Origin: a virus
Length of the DNA stretch: 64,000 bases
Strand: one strand, 5' to 3'
Virus record (IMG/VR): IMGVR_UViG_3300030118_004474
Location: 1-64,000 of that record
The first letter of the stretch is position 1; every line of letters starts with the position of its first letter. A program made the position numbers and the translations under genes. Of the stretch, positions 29,732-37,952 are shown piece by piece. The notes under the pieces are model-generated. The model ran no database searches, was not told the origin of the DNA, and was given only the letters and a program-made list of their open reading frames with translations.

Positions 29732-29918
29732 CTAGTTTTTTCATATATTCTAGCGGGCTTTCCTTGAGGGTCTGCCTACTCACCGTTACGTGAGGAAATT
29801 GCTCAAACAAATGCGGCAATACCTCAAATAGTTTATCTTCTATTTCATAATTTTTAGTCCACACAGAGCCATTGGCTTTAAAGACCGTCACTCTATATAA
29901 GATGTTTTCATTTTCCAT
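29703..29918 (-). CDS. Hypothetical protein
   Basis: ORF in the operon. Confidence 0.5.
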   Translation of the reverse strand: MENENILYRVTVFKANGSVWTKNYEIEDKLFEVLPHLFEQFPHVTVSRQTLKESPLEYMKKLGERNDRKNY

Positions 29919-30142
29919 AATATCATTCCTCCTTTTTCTATTTTTTCATATTTTTTTTCTGTTTTAATTAAGCATCGGATTTGCATGGTGGTAGGAACGT
30001 TTGTTCTTTTACCTCCTCTATCCGAGCGATATTGTTCAAATTTTTCTCTGATGTTTTCTGCTGTTCGCTCCTTGCCATCAGCCATAATTCTGTCAATCAC
30101 CCAAAAGACCTGCTTTCGGTGTCTTTTTCTTCTAGTGGTCAT
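29888..30142 (-). CDS. Small basic winged-helix-like protein
   Basis: Basic; helix-TAENIRE-helix-wing ending in W. Confidence 0.5.
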   Translation of the reverse strand: MTTRRKRHRKQVFWVIDRIMADGKERTAENIREKFEQYRSDRGGKRTNVPTTMQIRCLIKTEKKYEKIEKGGMILWKMKTSYIE

Positions 30143-32016
30143 AGTTCACAAGCCCCACCAGCACAAGCCAATTCTCCTGTTAAGTCGGTATTGTCCTCAC
30201 TCTCAAAGACTTGAGACAAATCAATATCCGATAGACATTGCTTCAATTCATTGTAGTGTTCCTCGTCAATTGTTTCAAATGGAGCCTGTTTGTAGGTTCC
30301 TCCATCGTAGGGCAGAACAGATAAACCGTTGTAAGCATGTCGGTTATCCCACATCCATTGGCCCACTTCTTCCCACTCTTCTTCTTTCAAAGAAACCGTG
30401 GCAGAAACATTGTGTGTGTTAATTCCATCATTGTGTCCTTCCTTAACCCAAGTCTTGCTAACCAAGGCAATACGATTTAACATTGACAAAGCAGACTCTC
30501 CACGAATAGTTGCTCCTTCGGGTGCGGCTTGAGGCACGGAAAGAATGGCTGTATCGTGTGGTCGGAAATAACAATCCTCAACCAATTCAGGCAAGTTATT
30601 CAGCAGGTAAGGATAAATTGCTTCGTCCTTTCCAACCCGTAGGCGGCGAATGTAATACTTATCGTGCCACGAATGAATACCACTAGAAGTTCCCAGCACT
30701 AGGGAAGTAGTCCCAGCAGGTTTCACACAGGTTAACCTAGCCGCCTTATTTATTTTGAAATTACCAGCCCAATAAGCATTAACTTTACGCACAATATCTG
30801 CGGCCTTTCTCAAGTTAATATCCGACAGAATTTTGTGTCCTTTTTCATCAGTAGGATTGCTTGCTATTCCAGTCATACTAACCCCCAGTAAAGCATCCCT
30901 TTCGGTATTGCGTTTCCAAACCTCTCTTAGATAGTGAAAATCTGTATAGGTGGCCTGCAAGGTAGCAAGGAAAGTAGCCAAAGAGACACGCTCAAAAAAG
31001 TCTGCCGTATCAACTAGATTACTAGCATTAATCTCTACCAAATTACAGAACTGATACGGACGAAGTGCAATTTCACAGCATGGATTTGTCCCCCAGTCTT
31101 TGTCGTTGCTAAAGTAAATGCCCGGTTCGCCGCTTCCACTAGCCTTAATACGTTCCCACAACGCATTGAAGAATTGTTGGTCTGCTCGGCTACGAATCAA
31201 AACTGCTGAGTTATTTGCTCGTCCTCTTTCGGGATGAGTTTCCCACCAATTACCCGACTTACAGGAAATCATGTCGTTGTCATCTGCACTAAAAAGACTA
31301 ATCAAAGCCGCACGACGAATTCCACCAGCCAAAACCGCATCAGCAATAATACACATAATATCGTGAACTTGGATAGGTTTTAGTTGAGTATTTGTTTCGT
31401 GTTCTTTGAGGATATTTTCAACCTTTACTAAACATTCTCGTAGGGGAGCAGGACCCGGAGCCTTTCCACCGGAGGTGATTAGCGGGGTTCCTTTCTTACG
31501 AATATCTGAATAGTCAAAAATGGGTGTGCTTTTTGTTACACCAAAATAACTCTTCATCAGAACCTTAACTGCGTCAGCCCAACCTTCTATTGAATCGCCA
31601 ATAAGATACCTGCGAGTTCGGTTAGGGTTTGGGTGCTGAACTTCCGGAAGCATTTCAATATGGTGTCGCTGAACTGAATATCCAACACCAGTTCCACCCA
31701 ACAAAAGAAACATTGATTCACTAAATGCGTCAATGTGCTCAATTGGTAGATAAGCGCAGTTGTAGATTCGGTTAGGACTAGTTTCAATTGGCTTTCCGGC
31801 AAATTGCATTGACCTCATAGATGGTAAGATTTTCTTACTCCTTACCATTTCGTAGACATCTCTAATAGTCTCCTCCCATTTAGGGAACTTTTTGATGTGC
31901 ATTTGCATGTTTCGCTCGCACAATTCTTCCCATGTTTCTCTTCTCATTTCGTCTATTTTATACTTAGCATACTTCATATGCACAGTAATGTTGCTTAAAA
32001 TCTCTTTTTCATTCAT
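30139..32016 (-). CDS. nrdJ: Class II (B12-dependent) ribonucleotide reductase
   Basis: YNC, GGTGVG, GGIRRAA, TNPCCEI, KPAGTTS, C-terminal CAGGAC. Confidence 0.95.
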   Translation of the reverse strand: MNEKEILSNITVHMKYAKYKIDEMRRETWEELCERNMQMHIKKFPKWEETIRDVYEMVRSKKILPSMRSMQFAGKPIETSPNRIYNCAYLPIEHIDAFSESMFLLLGGTGVGYSVQRHHIEMLPEVQHPNPNRTRRYLIGDSIEGWADAVKVLMKSYFGVTKSTPIFDYSDIRKKGTPLITSGGKAPGPAPLRECLVKVENILKEHETNTQLKPIQVHDIMCIIADAVLAGGIRRAALISLFSADDNDMISCKSGNWWETHPERGRANNSAVLIRSRADQQFFNALWERIKASGSGEPGIYFSNDKDWGTNPCCEIALRPYQFCNLVEINASNLVDTADFFERVSLATFLATLQATYTDFHYLREVWKRNTERDALLGVSMTGIASNPTDEKGHKILSDINLRKAADIVRKVNAYWAGNFKINKAARLTCVKPAGTTSLVLGTSSGIHSWHDKYYIRRLRVGKDEAIYPYLLNNLPELVEDCYFRPHDTAILSVPQAAPEGATIRGESALSMLNRIALVSKTWVKEGHNDGINTHNVSATVSLKEEEWEEVGQWMWDNRHAYNGLSVLPYDGGTYKQAPFETIDEEHYNELKQCLSDIDLSQVFESEDNTDLTGELACAGGACEL

Positions 32017-32067
32017 TCATTTTCCCCTCCTTGGGTAGTTGGAAGTAGTAAATAGATTGTTTATAAA

Positions 32068-32364
32068 TCATTCTACTAGCCTCCAAGTTGTTTCTTTTTT
32101 GTTCTTTCCGTCTTCGGTAAAATACCTTTCTTCTATTTTTTCAAAACTTTCGTGGTAGCCCAGAACATTTGCTAACGCTCCGGATGTAATACCATACCGA
32201 GTGTTGGAGTTTAACCAGTCTCTAATCTGAAGAAAAGATGCCTCGTTATCTTCACAACTCTTTAGATATTTTTTAATCCACCTTATGTTATTGAAATGTT
32301 TATTATTTCCGACCCTTGGGGGTCCTCTGTTTTCAAATTTTATACTTTGATTATGTGTTCCCAT
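32068..32364 (-). CDS. Winged-helix DNA-binding protein (DUF3860-like)
   Basis: QIRDWLN..TRYGITSGALANVL...F...W. Confidence 0.5.
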   Translation of the reverse strand: MGTHNQSIKFENRGPPRVGNNKHFNNIRWIKKYLKSCEDNEASFLQIRDWLNSNTRYGITSGALANVLGYHESFEKIEERYFTEDGKNKKETTWRLVE

Positions 32365-32394
32365 ATTTATCACTTCTTTTTATTATTGAGTAGG

Positions 32395-32478
32395 TGCTGG
32401 GGGCAGGATTTGAACCTGCGAACCTTTGAGGACAGGAGTTTAAGCCCTGCGCTTTTAACCATACTCAGCCACCCCAGC
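32395..32478 (-). tRNA. tRNA-Leu(UAA)
   Basis: GCTGGGG/CCCCAGC acceptor stem, CAGGG-CTTAAAC-TCCTG anticodon arm, long variable arm, GGTTCAAATCC T-loop. Confidence 0.92.
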
Positions 32479-32484
32479 GTTTAA

Positions 32485-32556
32485 CGGGCGTAGGAGGAAT
32501 TGAACCCCCATCTCCGGCTTAGAAGGCCGGAATGCTATCCTTTACACCATACGCCC
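32485..32556 (-). tRNA. tRNA-Arg(UCU)
   Basis: GGGCGTA/TACGCCC acceptor stem, CCGGC-CTTCTAA-GCCGG anticodon arm, GGTTCAATTCC T-loop. Confidence 0.93.
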
Positions 32557-32563
32557 TTAGAAT

Positions 32564-32806
32564 TTAATGTCCCTTACAATTGGGACAACAATCATTGTCA
32601 TCTACTATTTTTTGTGGCGGTTTGCCTACAAATAGTCTCCAACATCCAAAGTCCATTCGTTGAAAGTTTTTACAACCTCCTCCGTTTTCGCATTGGTATC
32701 TAAAAAATGGAGCATCAGGCTTGCTACATGCACACAATTGGCGTTCGCACGAAGCCCAAGGTTCCATTAATATTAATTCTTCTTCATTACTAAATCTTCT
32801 TTTCAT
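32564..32806 (-). CDS. Cys-rich hypothetical protein
   Basis: Multiple Cys residues; GGAGG RBS before MKRRF. Confidence 0.45.
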   Translation of the reverse strand: MKRRFSNEEELILMEPWASCERQLCACSKPDAPFFRYQCENGGGCKNFQRMDFGCWRLFVGKPPQKIVDDNDCCPNCKGH

Positions 32807-33006
32807 TATTCTTCCTCCAACATATCTATCCATTCGTCTTTTATTTTCCATTTTACATAACTTACTTTATCTATTTTTATTCTATCTAAGTGGGCGTCAA
32901 CCTCTATGTTTCCACACCCACAAATTGTGAAATATTTATACTTGTTTTTTACAAGCACATTTTTTTCGCATATTTTACAATGCAATAATACGTCAATTTT
33001 AGGCAT
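32806..33006 (-). CDS. Small Zn-ribbon protein
   Basis: CKIC...CGCG. Confidence 0.5.
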   Translation of the reverse strand: MPKIDVLLHCKICEKNVLVKNKYKYFTICGCGNIEVDAHLDRIKIDKVSYVKWKIKDEWIDMLEEE

Positions 33007-33352
33007 TTTCCCACTCTTCCCAAGTTTGAGACGAATTATCAATCTCCGCCGTATCTGAAAGCCCTGCTTCATCGTCTTGATATTTTTCGTCGGGTTTCAT
33101 ACTTATCCAACCTCTATCTAGGGCCATTGTTATCAACTTTTCCGGTATTTCTTTACCATTATTGCTGAGAAAATCACACAACACTAACCATTCTTCTGCC
33201 GATGCAGAGTATATTTCGTCGTGTAAATAAAACCCTTCAATTATACCATCTACTTTGATGGTCTTTTTTATTTTCTTTTGGTTATAGTAGTCCCTACGGT
33301 ATTCTAATATTGCTCTGGGTGTTTCAATTAACATCTTTAGTAGCCACAGCAT
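32999..33352 (-). CDS. Hypothetical protein
   Basis: ORF in the operon. Confidence 0.5.
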   Translation of the reverse strand: MLWLLKMLIETPRAILEYRRDYYNQKKIKKTIKVDGIIEGFYLHDEIYSASAEEWLVLCDFLSNNGKEIPEKLITMALDRGWISMKPDEKYQDDEAGLSDTAEIDNSSQTWEEWENA

Positions 33353-33644
33353 TTTTAGAAGCCTCCGCCTTTAATTTATTATAGTTCTTTAAATTTTGAT
33401 TATATTTGAATTCAAAATAATTTACTGTTCCGTTCAAGTGACTTCTAATTGTTGCTAAGTCTCTTTTACCTAGAGTATTAAACAGTTGTTTATCTAATTT
33501 ATGATAACCGCTTTTGTTATGAAGCGACCAAATATAGGTAATAACAGTACCTTTAGGTCTGTTCTTTCTATTTGGTTCCCTGTAAGTTAGATATATTTCT
33601 TCTTCTAACATATATTCCGAAATTTGTTTTTTTGTCCATCTCAT
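33324..33644 (-). CDS. Hypothetical basic protein
   Basis: GGTGA RBS before MRWTKK. Confidence 0.5.
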   Translation of the reverse strand: MRWTKKQISEYMLEEEIYLTYREPNRKNRPKGTVITYIWSLHNKSGYHKLDKQLFNTLGKRDLATIRSHLNGTVNYFEFKYNQNLKNYNKLKAEASKNAVATKDVN

Positions 33645-33734
33645 AATATCACCTTTTGGGGTTTTTACAGAACCCCTTAACTGGCACTTCTTTTTCTTCT
33701 TAGTGCGAGAATAGAACAACGAACTGATTAGTCC

Positions 33735-33941
33735 TCAGTTCTGGCCTCCCACAATCGCTTGTGTCAGGATAACAGTTTCAATGCTTTCTAGTGGAATATT
33801 AGCCACATCAGCATGAGCAACCATTTCGCCATTGATGTAAGCCCAATGGGTTGGGTGATTGTAAATCTGTTCTACTGCTTCTTCTGCGGACAAAACCAAT
33901 TCGGTGTGTCCTGTGTCATTCAAAATCGTTACGTCTACCAT
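33735..33941 (-). CDS. Ubiquitin-like (beta-grasp; ThiS/MoaD/SAMP-like) protein ending GG-QN
   Basis: 68 aa; AYINGEMV and VILTQAIVGG are hallmark ThiS/SAMP features; GAGGAGG RBS. Confidence 0.8.
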   Translation of the reverse strand: MVDVTILNDTGHTELVLSAEEAVEQIYNHPTHWAYINGEMVAHADVANIPLESIETVILTQAIVGGQN

Positions 33942-33943
33942 TT

Positions 33944-34222
33944 TTATTCCTCCTCATTTATTTCGTTGTTCTTAATTTGTGCCAAACATGCCTTTCGGAG
34001 TTTGGACTTTCCTCGCTGGATTTGTCCCTCGGTAAAAATACCCAAGGTCAACAAATCGTCTAGCATACGGCTCTTTTCGGAAACCATATATTCAAGTTCT
34101 TCTTTCTGTTCTGGGGTGAGATATTTCCCACCAGTCATTTTATCCATGAACTTTCTGACTTCTAGTTCAGTCATCAGTCCACTTCGCATCATGCTATTCA
34201 TCTGTTCCAACAATTCATTCAT
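33944..34222 (-). CDS. Hypothetical protein
   Basis: GGAGGTGA RBS. Confidence 0.55.
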   Translation of the reverse strand: MNELLEQMNSMMRSGLMTELEVRKFMDKMTGGKYLTPEQKEELEYMVSEKSRMLDDLLTLGIFTEGQIQRGKSKLRKACLAQIKNNEINEEE

Positions 34223-34442
34223 GTTTTTTCACCTCCCACACGGCAACGGAATAACTTCCATTTTGTCCTGTGAGTATTACTGTATTAACCTTTCTAAAAT
34301 GCTGTGAAGCATGTAGTTTGGTTCCTACTGATTTTATGCTACCTATGTAGTATTTGTCTTTCAAATTGTATTGTATTTCATGGGTTGATGACGGTCCCTT
34401 TTTTTCAAGAAATCTAGTCACAGCCTTTTCAAATCTATTCAT
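34215..34442 (-). CDS. Small winged-helix protein
   Basis: FLEKKGPSSTHEI...VGTKL...F...VW. Confidence 0.55.
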   Translation of the reverse strand: MNRFEKAVTRFLEKKGPSSTHEIQYNLKDKYYIGSIKSVGTKLHASQHFRKVNTVILTGQNGSYSVAVWEVKKHE

Positions 34443-34747
34443 TTTTTCACCTCATTACAAAATTTAGACCTTTCCATGCCTCGTAGCACGAGTCGTGGTA
34501 TTTTTGTTTGATTTCTTCTGGGTGCATTAGTGGTCCTCCGCATATTTCACATTTATGTTCCATTAAATCACCTCAAATATCACCAAAAATTTCTCCACAA
34601 ATCGGTTCAATTTTTACGACCCAAATTGAGTCTTCGTTCCAAGTTTCAGGGGCAACTACCTCTCTACTAACAATTACTACCCTTTGTTTCATTCTCCTGT
34701 CTTTTATTTTCACCTTCATTTCTTATCACCTATCTGGGTTTTACCCA

Positions 34748-34936
34748 TCATTCAGTCCTCCAAAAAATAATTTCAATAACACTAGTTGTCTCCAATGCTG
34801 ATGGTTGTATTATTTCAAGAGTGAACCAACTCATTGTTTCGGTTTTGACATATTTACCAGTAGGGTAATCTTTGCCTAATCTAGTGTATTCCTTCTCATT
34901 AACATATACGTTATGTGTTGTTTTCCCATGCTTCAT
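34748..34936 (-). CDS. Hypothetical protein
   Basis: GGAGG RBS; ATGA coupling. Confidence 0.45.
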   Translation of the reverse strand: MKHGKTTHNVYVNEKEYTRLGKDYPTGKYVKTETMSWFTLEIIQPSALETTSVIEIIFWRTE

Positions 34937-35421
34937 AGATATTCCTCCAACCATTGAGGGGCGGTCCCTTTTGTGTATTTAGCAAAACGAGCCTTTTCAT
35001 TTATGTAATAATTCCGATATGCTTCTATTGGGTCTTTACATTTATACTCGTCAGGCATACATTGAGGTGGAGGGTAAAACTCCCCACCTTTAACGGGACT
35101 TTCTTTCAATAGTTCTAGTAATTCACTAGAAGCATGGACTTTATTATACCTTCGGCTATACTCGTTTAACATAGCAACCAAAAGGTCGTAGTGCCATAAG
35201 TAGTTCCCTTCTGTTTGCATAGTCCAAACAGTTGAAGGATGACCAACATGCACGGGTTTGTAAATATTCTTTAAAACATTCTTTGACTCTTTAAATGAGG
35301 TTTTTGACCACCAAGCAGTAGACAGCATTTGTGCTGATTCCAAGGGCATTTTTACAATGTGCTTATCACACAGTTGTTTTGCTATTTCTGTTGGGTCTTT
35401 TGATAGATAAAATATATTCAT
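34933..35421 (-). CDS. Pyrimidine-dimer DNA glycosylase (T4 DenV-like)
   Basis: MNIFYL...CDKHIVKMPLESAQML, HPSTVW, PQCMP, AYRNYY. Confidence 0.8.
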   Translation of the reverse strand: MNIFYLSKDPTEIAKQLCDKHIVKMPLESAQMLSTAWWSKTSFKESKNVLKNIYKPVHVGHPSTVWTMQTEGNYLWHYDLLVAMLNEYSRRYNKVHASSELLELLKESPVKGGEFYPPPQCMPDEYKCKDPIEAYRNYYINEKARFAKYTKGTAPQWLEEYL

Positions 35422-35454
35422 TCTTCCACATTCCATTTATTGTTTTTCTATTTT

Positions 35455-35730
35455 ATAGAACATTTCTCACTACATAATGAGAGAGAATCCATATCTCCTA
35501 CATTTTGTCAGCGAGAATGCCCGTTTCTCGTCATTTCTCATTTCTCATGAGTCTCATGGGGGTGTGCATCTACACACACCACCACCACCACCACCAACTT
35601 ACAATAATATATGATAATAATGAGAATATAAGAAATATAATAGATAATTGAAATATCCTAAACATTTTGTCATACTTAGTGTCTCACGAACTTTCTCATG
35701 TGAGAACATACGACAATTTGTAGGATTTAT
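35455..35730. repeat. Origin-like repeat region at the strand switch
   Basis: Many TTCTCA/TGAGAA-type hexamers in both orientations; ACATTTTGTC twice plus an inverted GACAATTTGTAGGA; (CA)n(CCA)n tract; AT-rich core. Confidence 0.55.
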
Positions 35731-35971
35731 ATAAAAACAAAAGAATATAACGCTCAAGAAAACATAAAGTGAATTTTAGATTTGGTGAAATGTCAAGAAT
35801 AGGAGATAACTTGGACACCAATGTTTTCAAGAGCATTACTGGTCATGGGTCTGAGTATATAAGGTGGTTCAGACCCCTTATAAAGGACCGGAACGGTTAT
35901 ATACCCCTATATAGGTCTATATAGATTACATATATTTTTATACCAACTAAAGATTCTTTCCCTCTTTTCCT

Positions 35972-35998
35972 ACCATATGGTAGCAACGTAATTTGTAT
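35972..35998. repeat. Palindrome 1 (ACCATATGGT) plus left arm of module 1 (CGTAATTTGTAT)
   Basis: 35972-35981 and 35987-35998. Confidence 0.9.
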
Positions 35999-36003
35999 TT
36001 GCA

Positions 36004-36016
36004 CCCCATATACTAA
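36004..36016 (+). promoter_or_regulatory. TATA-like promoter element of module 1
   Basis: CCCCATATACTAA; similar elements at 37048 (CCTTATATACCCA) and 37621 (CCCCATATTCTAA), each just inside a module's left arm. Confidence 0.45.
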
Positions 36017-36055
36017 CCCTCCGTCATGTATTGCCTAAAAAGGCAGGAGATAACA

Positions 36056-36670
36056 ATGGCAAAAGAACAAGAAATGATAACTGACGAAAAATGGACTGCG
36101 TGGACAAACGCAATCATTGAATGGGGAGAGAACTTTGATTCTCACCTTCAAACATTGGTTGATGCCCCCGAAGGTCAATTTGAAATTGATGATGAAGAAA
36201 TGGAAGCGAACTGGGCAACCATTCAAAACAAAATCAACCGTGGAAACAAGCGACCGGCCCGAAGGAACGACTTGAAAAAGCAAATTCAAGAAGAAGGACG
36301 AAAAATGCCCAACTGGCCCCATTCTCGTGGAGCCGGTTCATCTTTGACCCCAGAACAACAAGCGGCAAGAGACAAGTTCGCCGCAATTGCTCGTTTGGCG
36401 GCAATTGCTGAATATCAAGTCTTTGTTGAAAACGACGCAACCCACCTTTTGGTTCAGCGAGCATCCAAAGCGAATCAAACAGAAGGTGAAGAGTTCCCTT
36501 CGCAGGAAGCGTTTGTTGAATACCGGGAGAAAGCGGCCAAGGCAACTGCAACCGGCTACCTTTCAGGAAAAACGGCATTTTGGGGTGCAAAGGATGAAGA
36601 AGACAATGTTCTTCCCTTTGACTTCCAACAGAAGATTGTACGACCCATCCCTGTTGATAAGGAGGAGTAA
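36056..36670 (+). CDS. Hypothetical 204-aa protein (module 1)
   Basis: AGGAG RBS; GC-richer codon usage than the flanks. Confidence 0.75.
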   Translation: MAKEQEMITDEKWTAWTNAIIEWGENFDSHLQTLVDAPEGQFEIDDEEMEANWATIQNKINRGNKRPARRNDLKKQIQEEGRKMPNWPHSRGAGSSLTPEQQAARDKFAAIARLAAIAEYQVFVENDATHLLVQRASKANQTEGEEFPSQEAFVEYREKAAKATATGYLSGKTAFWGAKDEEDNVLPFDFQQKIVRPIPVDKEE

Positions 36671-36672
36671 GG

Positions 36673-36708
36673 TTGTTCAACCGCTTCTTTGATGATGACG
36701 ACGATTGA
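36673..36708 (+). CDS. Micro-ORF MFNRFFDDDDD
   Basis: GGAGGAG RBS, TTG start, in-frame Asp run, TGA. Confidence 0.35.
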   Translation: MFNRFFDDDDD

Positions 36709-36880
36709 TTTCGTTTGAGTCAAACAACCAATGATAGAAAGTGCGAAGAGAACTCACTTTCTTGAGGTAATGACATTCTCACCAATGCAGGTTTTGTGTC
36801 CTGCCCTTTTCCGGTTTCTCGTGCGGGGTGCTTCGCCGGAAAAAAATCAAAAAACACAACTTTTTTTTGTGGTTGGCCGC

Positions 36881-36912
36881 ATACAAATTACGCTCTCCTC
36901 CAACCATATGGT
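36881..36912. repeat. Right arm of module 1 (ATACAAATTACG) plus palindrome 2
   Basis: 36881-36892 is the exact reverse complement of 35987-35998; ACCATATGGT at 36903-36912. Confidence 0.9.
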
Positions 36913-36949
36913 CATGCGAAAGCATATTATGACCGCAGGAGGTGAACGG

Positions 36950-36973
36950 GTGTTTGACGACGACGATGAGTGA
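36950..36973 (+). CDS. Micro-ORF MFDDDDE
   Basis: Strong SD AGGAGGTGA (36937-36945), GTG start; lies in the 86-bp spacer between palindromes 2 and 3. Confidence 0.35.
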   Translation: MFDDDDE

Positions 36974-36998
36974 TGTCTTGTTTTAACACTTTTCCGTT

Positions 36999-37031
36999 AC
37001 CATATGGTTGGGAGCAAGGCGAAAATTTGTG
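36999..37031. repeat. Palindrome 3 plus left arm of module 2 (GCGAAAATTTGTG)
   Basis: 36999-37008 and 37019-37031. Confidence 0.9.
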
Positions 37032-37100
37032 TAGTATAACGCTAACACCTTATATACCCAAGAAATACCAATGTAGTGCTGAAAAGCAGGAGGAAACAAC

Positions 37101-37463
37101 ATGAAACAAAAAACAGACCCCCACCAGCGACTCCTCGCAAGGGCTAACGCCTTTGTGATGGATGACACAAAAGAAGAAGAAGAGGTTGCTGATTGCAAAG
37201 TTCTCATTGGCCGCTTTACGGAAGCCATTGAGGCTCAAAATGATGCTCGGATTGCCCGATACTCCGAGCGACTTGCCGTTCACATCAAAGGAACAAAGGT
37301 CAGCATTTCCTTGTCCGAGGATGAAGTGGCCGAAGCCACAAGAACAGCCGAGGCCTTCAAAACCTTCTTTGACACATACCCAACTCTTTCCGTCCCAAGG
37401 GAACACACCCTTGAAAAATTCACGGCGGCTTTCATCTCAGCGATGAAGGAGGCCAAAAAGTGA
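37101..37463 (+). CDS. Hypothetical 120-aa protein (module 2)
   Basis: AGGAGG RBS; GC-richer codons. Confidence 0.75.
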   Translation: MKQKTDPHQRLLARANAFVMDDTKEEEEVADCKVLIGRFTEAIEAQNDARIARYSERLAVHIKGTKVSISLSEDEVAEATRTAEAFKTFFDTYPTLSVPREHTLEKFTAAFISAMKEAKK

Positions 37464-37486
37464 TTCGTCGGGATGACGACGAGTGA
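37460..37486 (+). CDS. Micro-ORF MIRRDDDE
   Basis: AAGGAGG RBS; GTG overlaps the upstream TGA. Confidence 0.3.
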   Translation: MIRRDDDE

Positions 37487-37560
37487 GGTTTAGGCCTCGC
37501 CCCCCGGACTCTCTCCTAAATCGGGCATGAGGGGAGGGTCCACTTGGGGTTTATTCGCTT

Positions 37561-37619
37561 CACAAATTTTCGCTCTGCATTAAAATGCTACCATATGGTA
37601 GGGGATAATTTGTAGGCAC
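37561..37619. repeat. Right arm of module 2, palindrome 4, left arm of module 3
   Basis: CACAAATTTTCGC 37561-37573 (reverse complement of 37019-37031); ACCATATGGT 37590-37599; ATAATTTGTAGGCAC 37605-37619. Confidence 0.9.
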
Positions 37620-37649
37620 ACCCCATATTCTAAACGTGATTCATGGAGT

Positions 37650-37826
37650 ATGTTTTGGAGCAAGAAGCCGACATTTACCATTAAAGTGAAACAAAACCGA
37701 TACGAAAGATTCATCATTGATGAGTTGCGAATTACTAATATCAGCGAGGAAAATCTTGCTGATACTTTGATGCGAGCAATTGCAGAGATTGAACAAAAAC
37801 TTAGCGTATTGAACGGAGAGGATTAA
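37650..37826 (+). CDS. Hypothetical 58-aa protein (module 3)
   Basis: Manual translation MFWSKKPTF...LNGED. Confidence 0.55.
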   Translation: MFWSKKPTFTIKVKQNRYERFIIDELRITNISEENLADTLMRAIAEIEQKLSVLNGED

Positions 37827-37952
37827 ATGAGCAGAGATGAATTGATAGAACTTTTGCAGTTCGTCATTAAAGCGTTAGAGGCGATGGAAGATGACTGTAA
37901 AATTGACCAATACCAACAAACACTTGATACCTTGCGAGGTGAGGATGAATGA
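37827..37952 (+). CDS. Hypothetical 41-aa protein (module 3)
   Basis: MSRDELIELL...RGEDE; GAGG RBS. Confidence 0.5.
   Translation: MSRDELIELLQFVIKALEAMEDDCKIDQYQQTLDTLRGEDE

Noticed and set aside
7310-35000. Numerous short + strand ORFs within the minus-strand block, and minus-strand ORFs within the + strand blocks
   Set aside because: Antisense or alternative-frame shadows of well-supported genes, with no motifs or RBS.
36731-36973. 80-aa + strand ORF crossing palindrome 2
   Set aside because: No RBS; it runs through hairpins, A/T tracts and the repeat arm. Only its last 7 codons have an SD.
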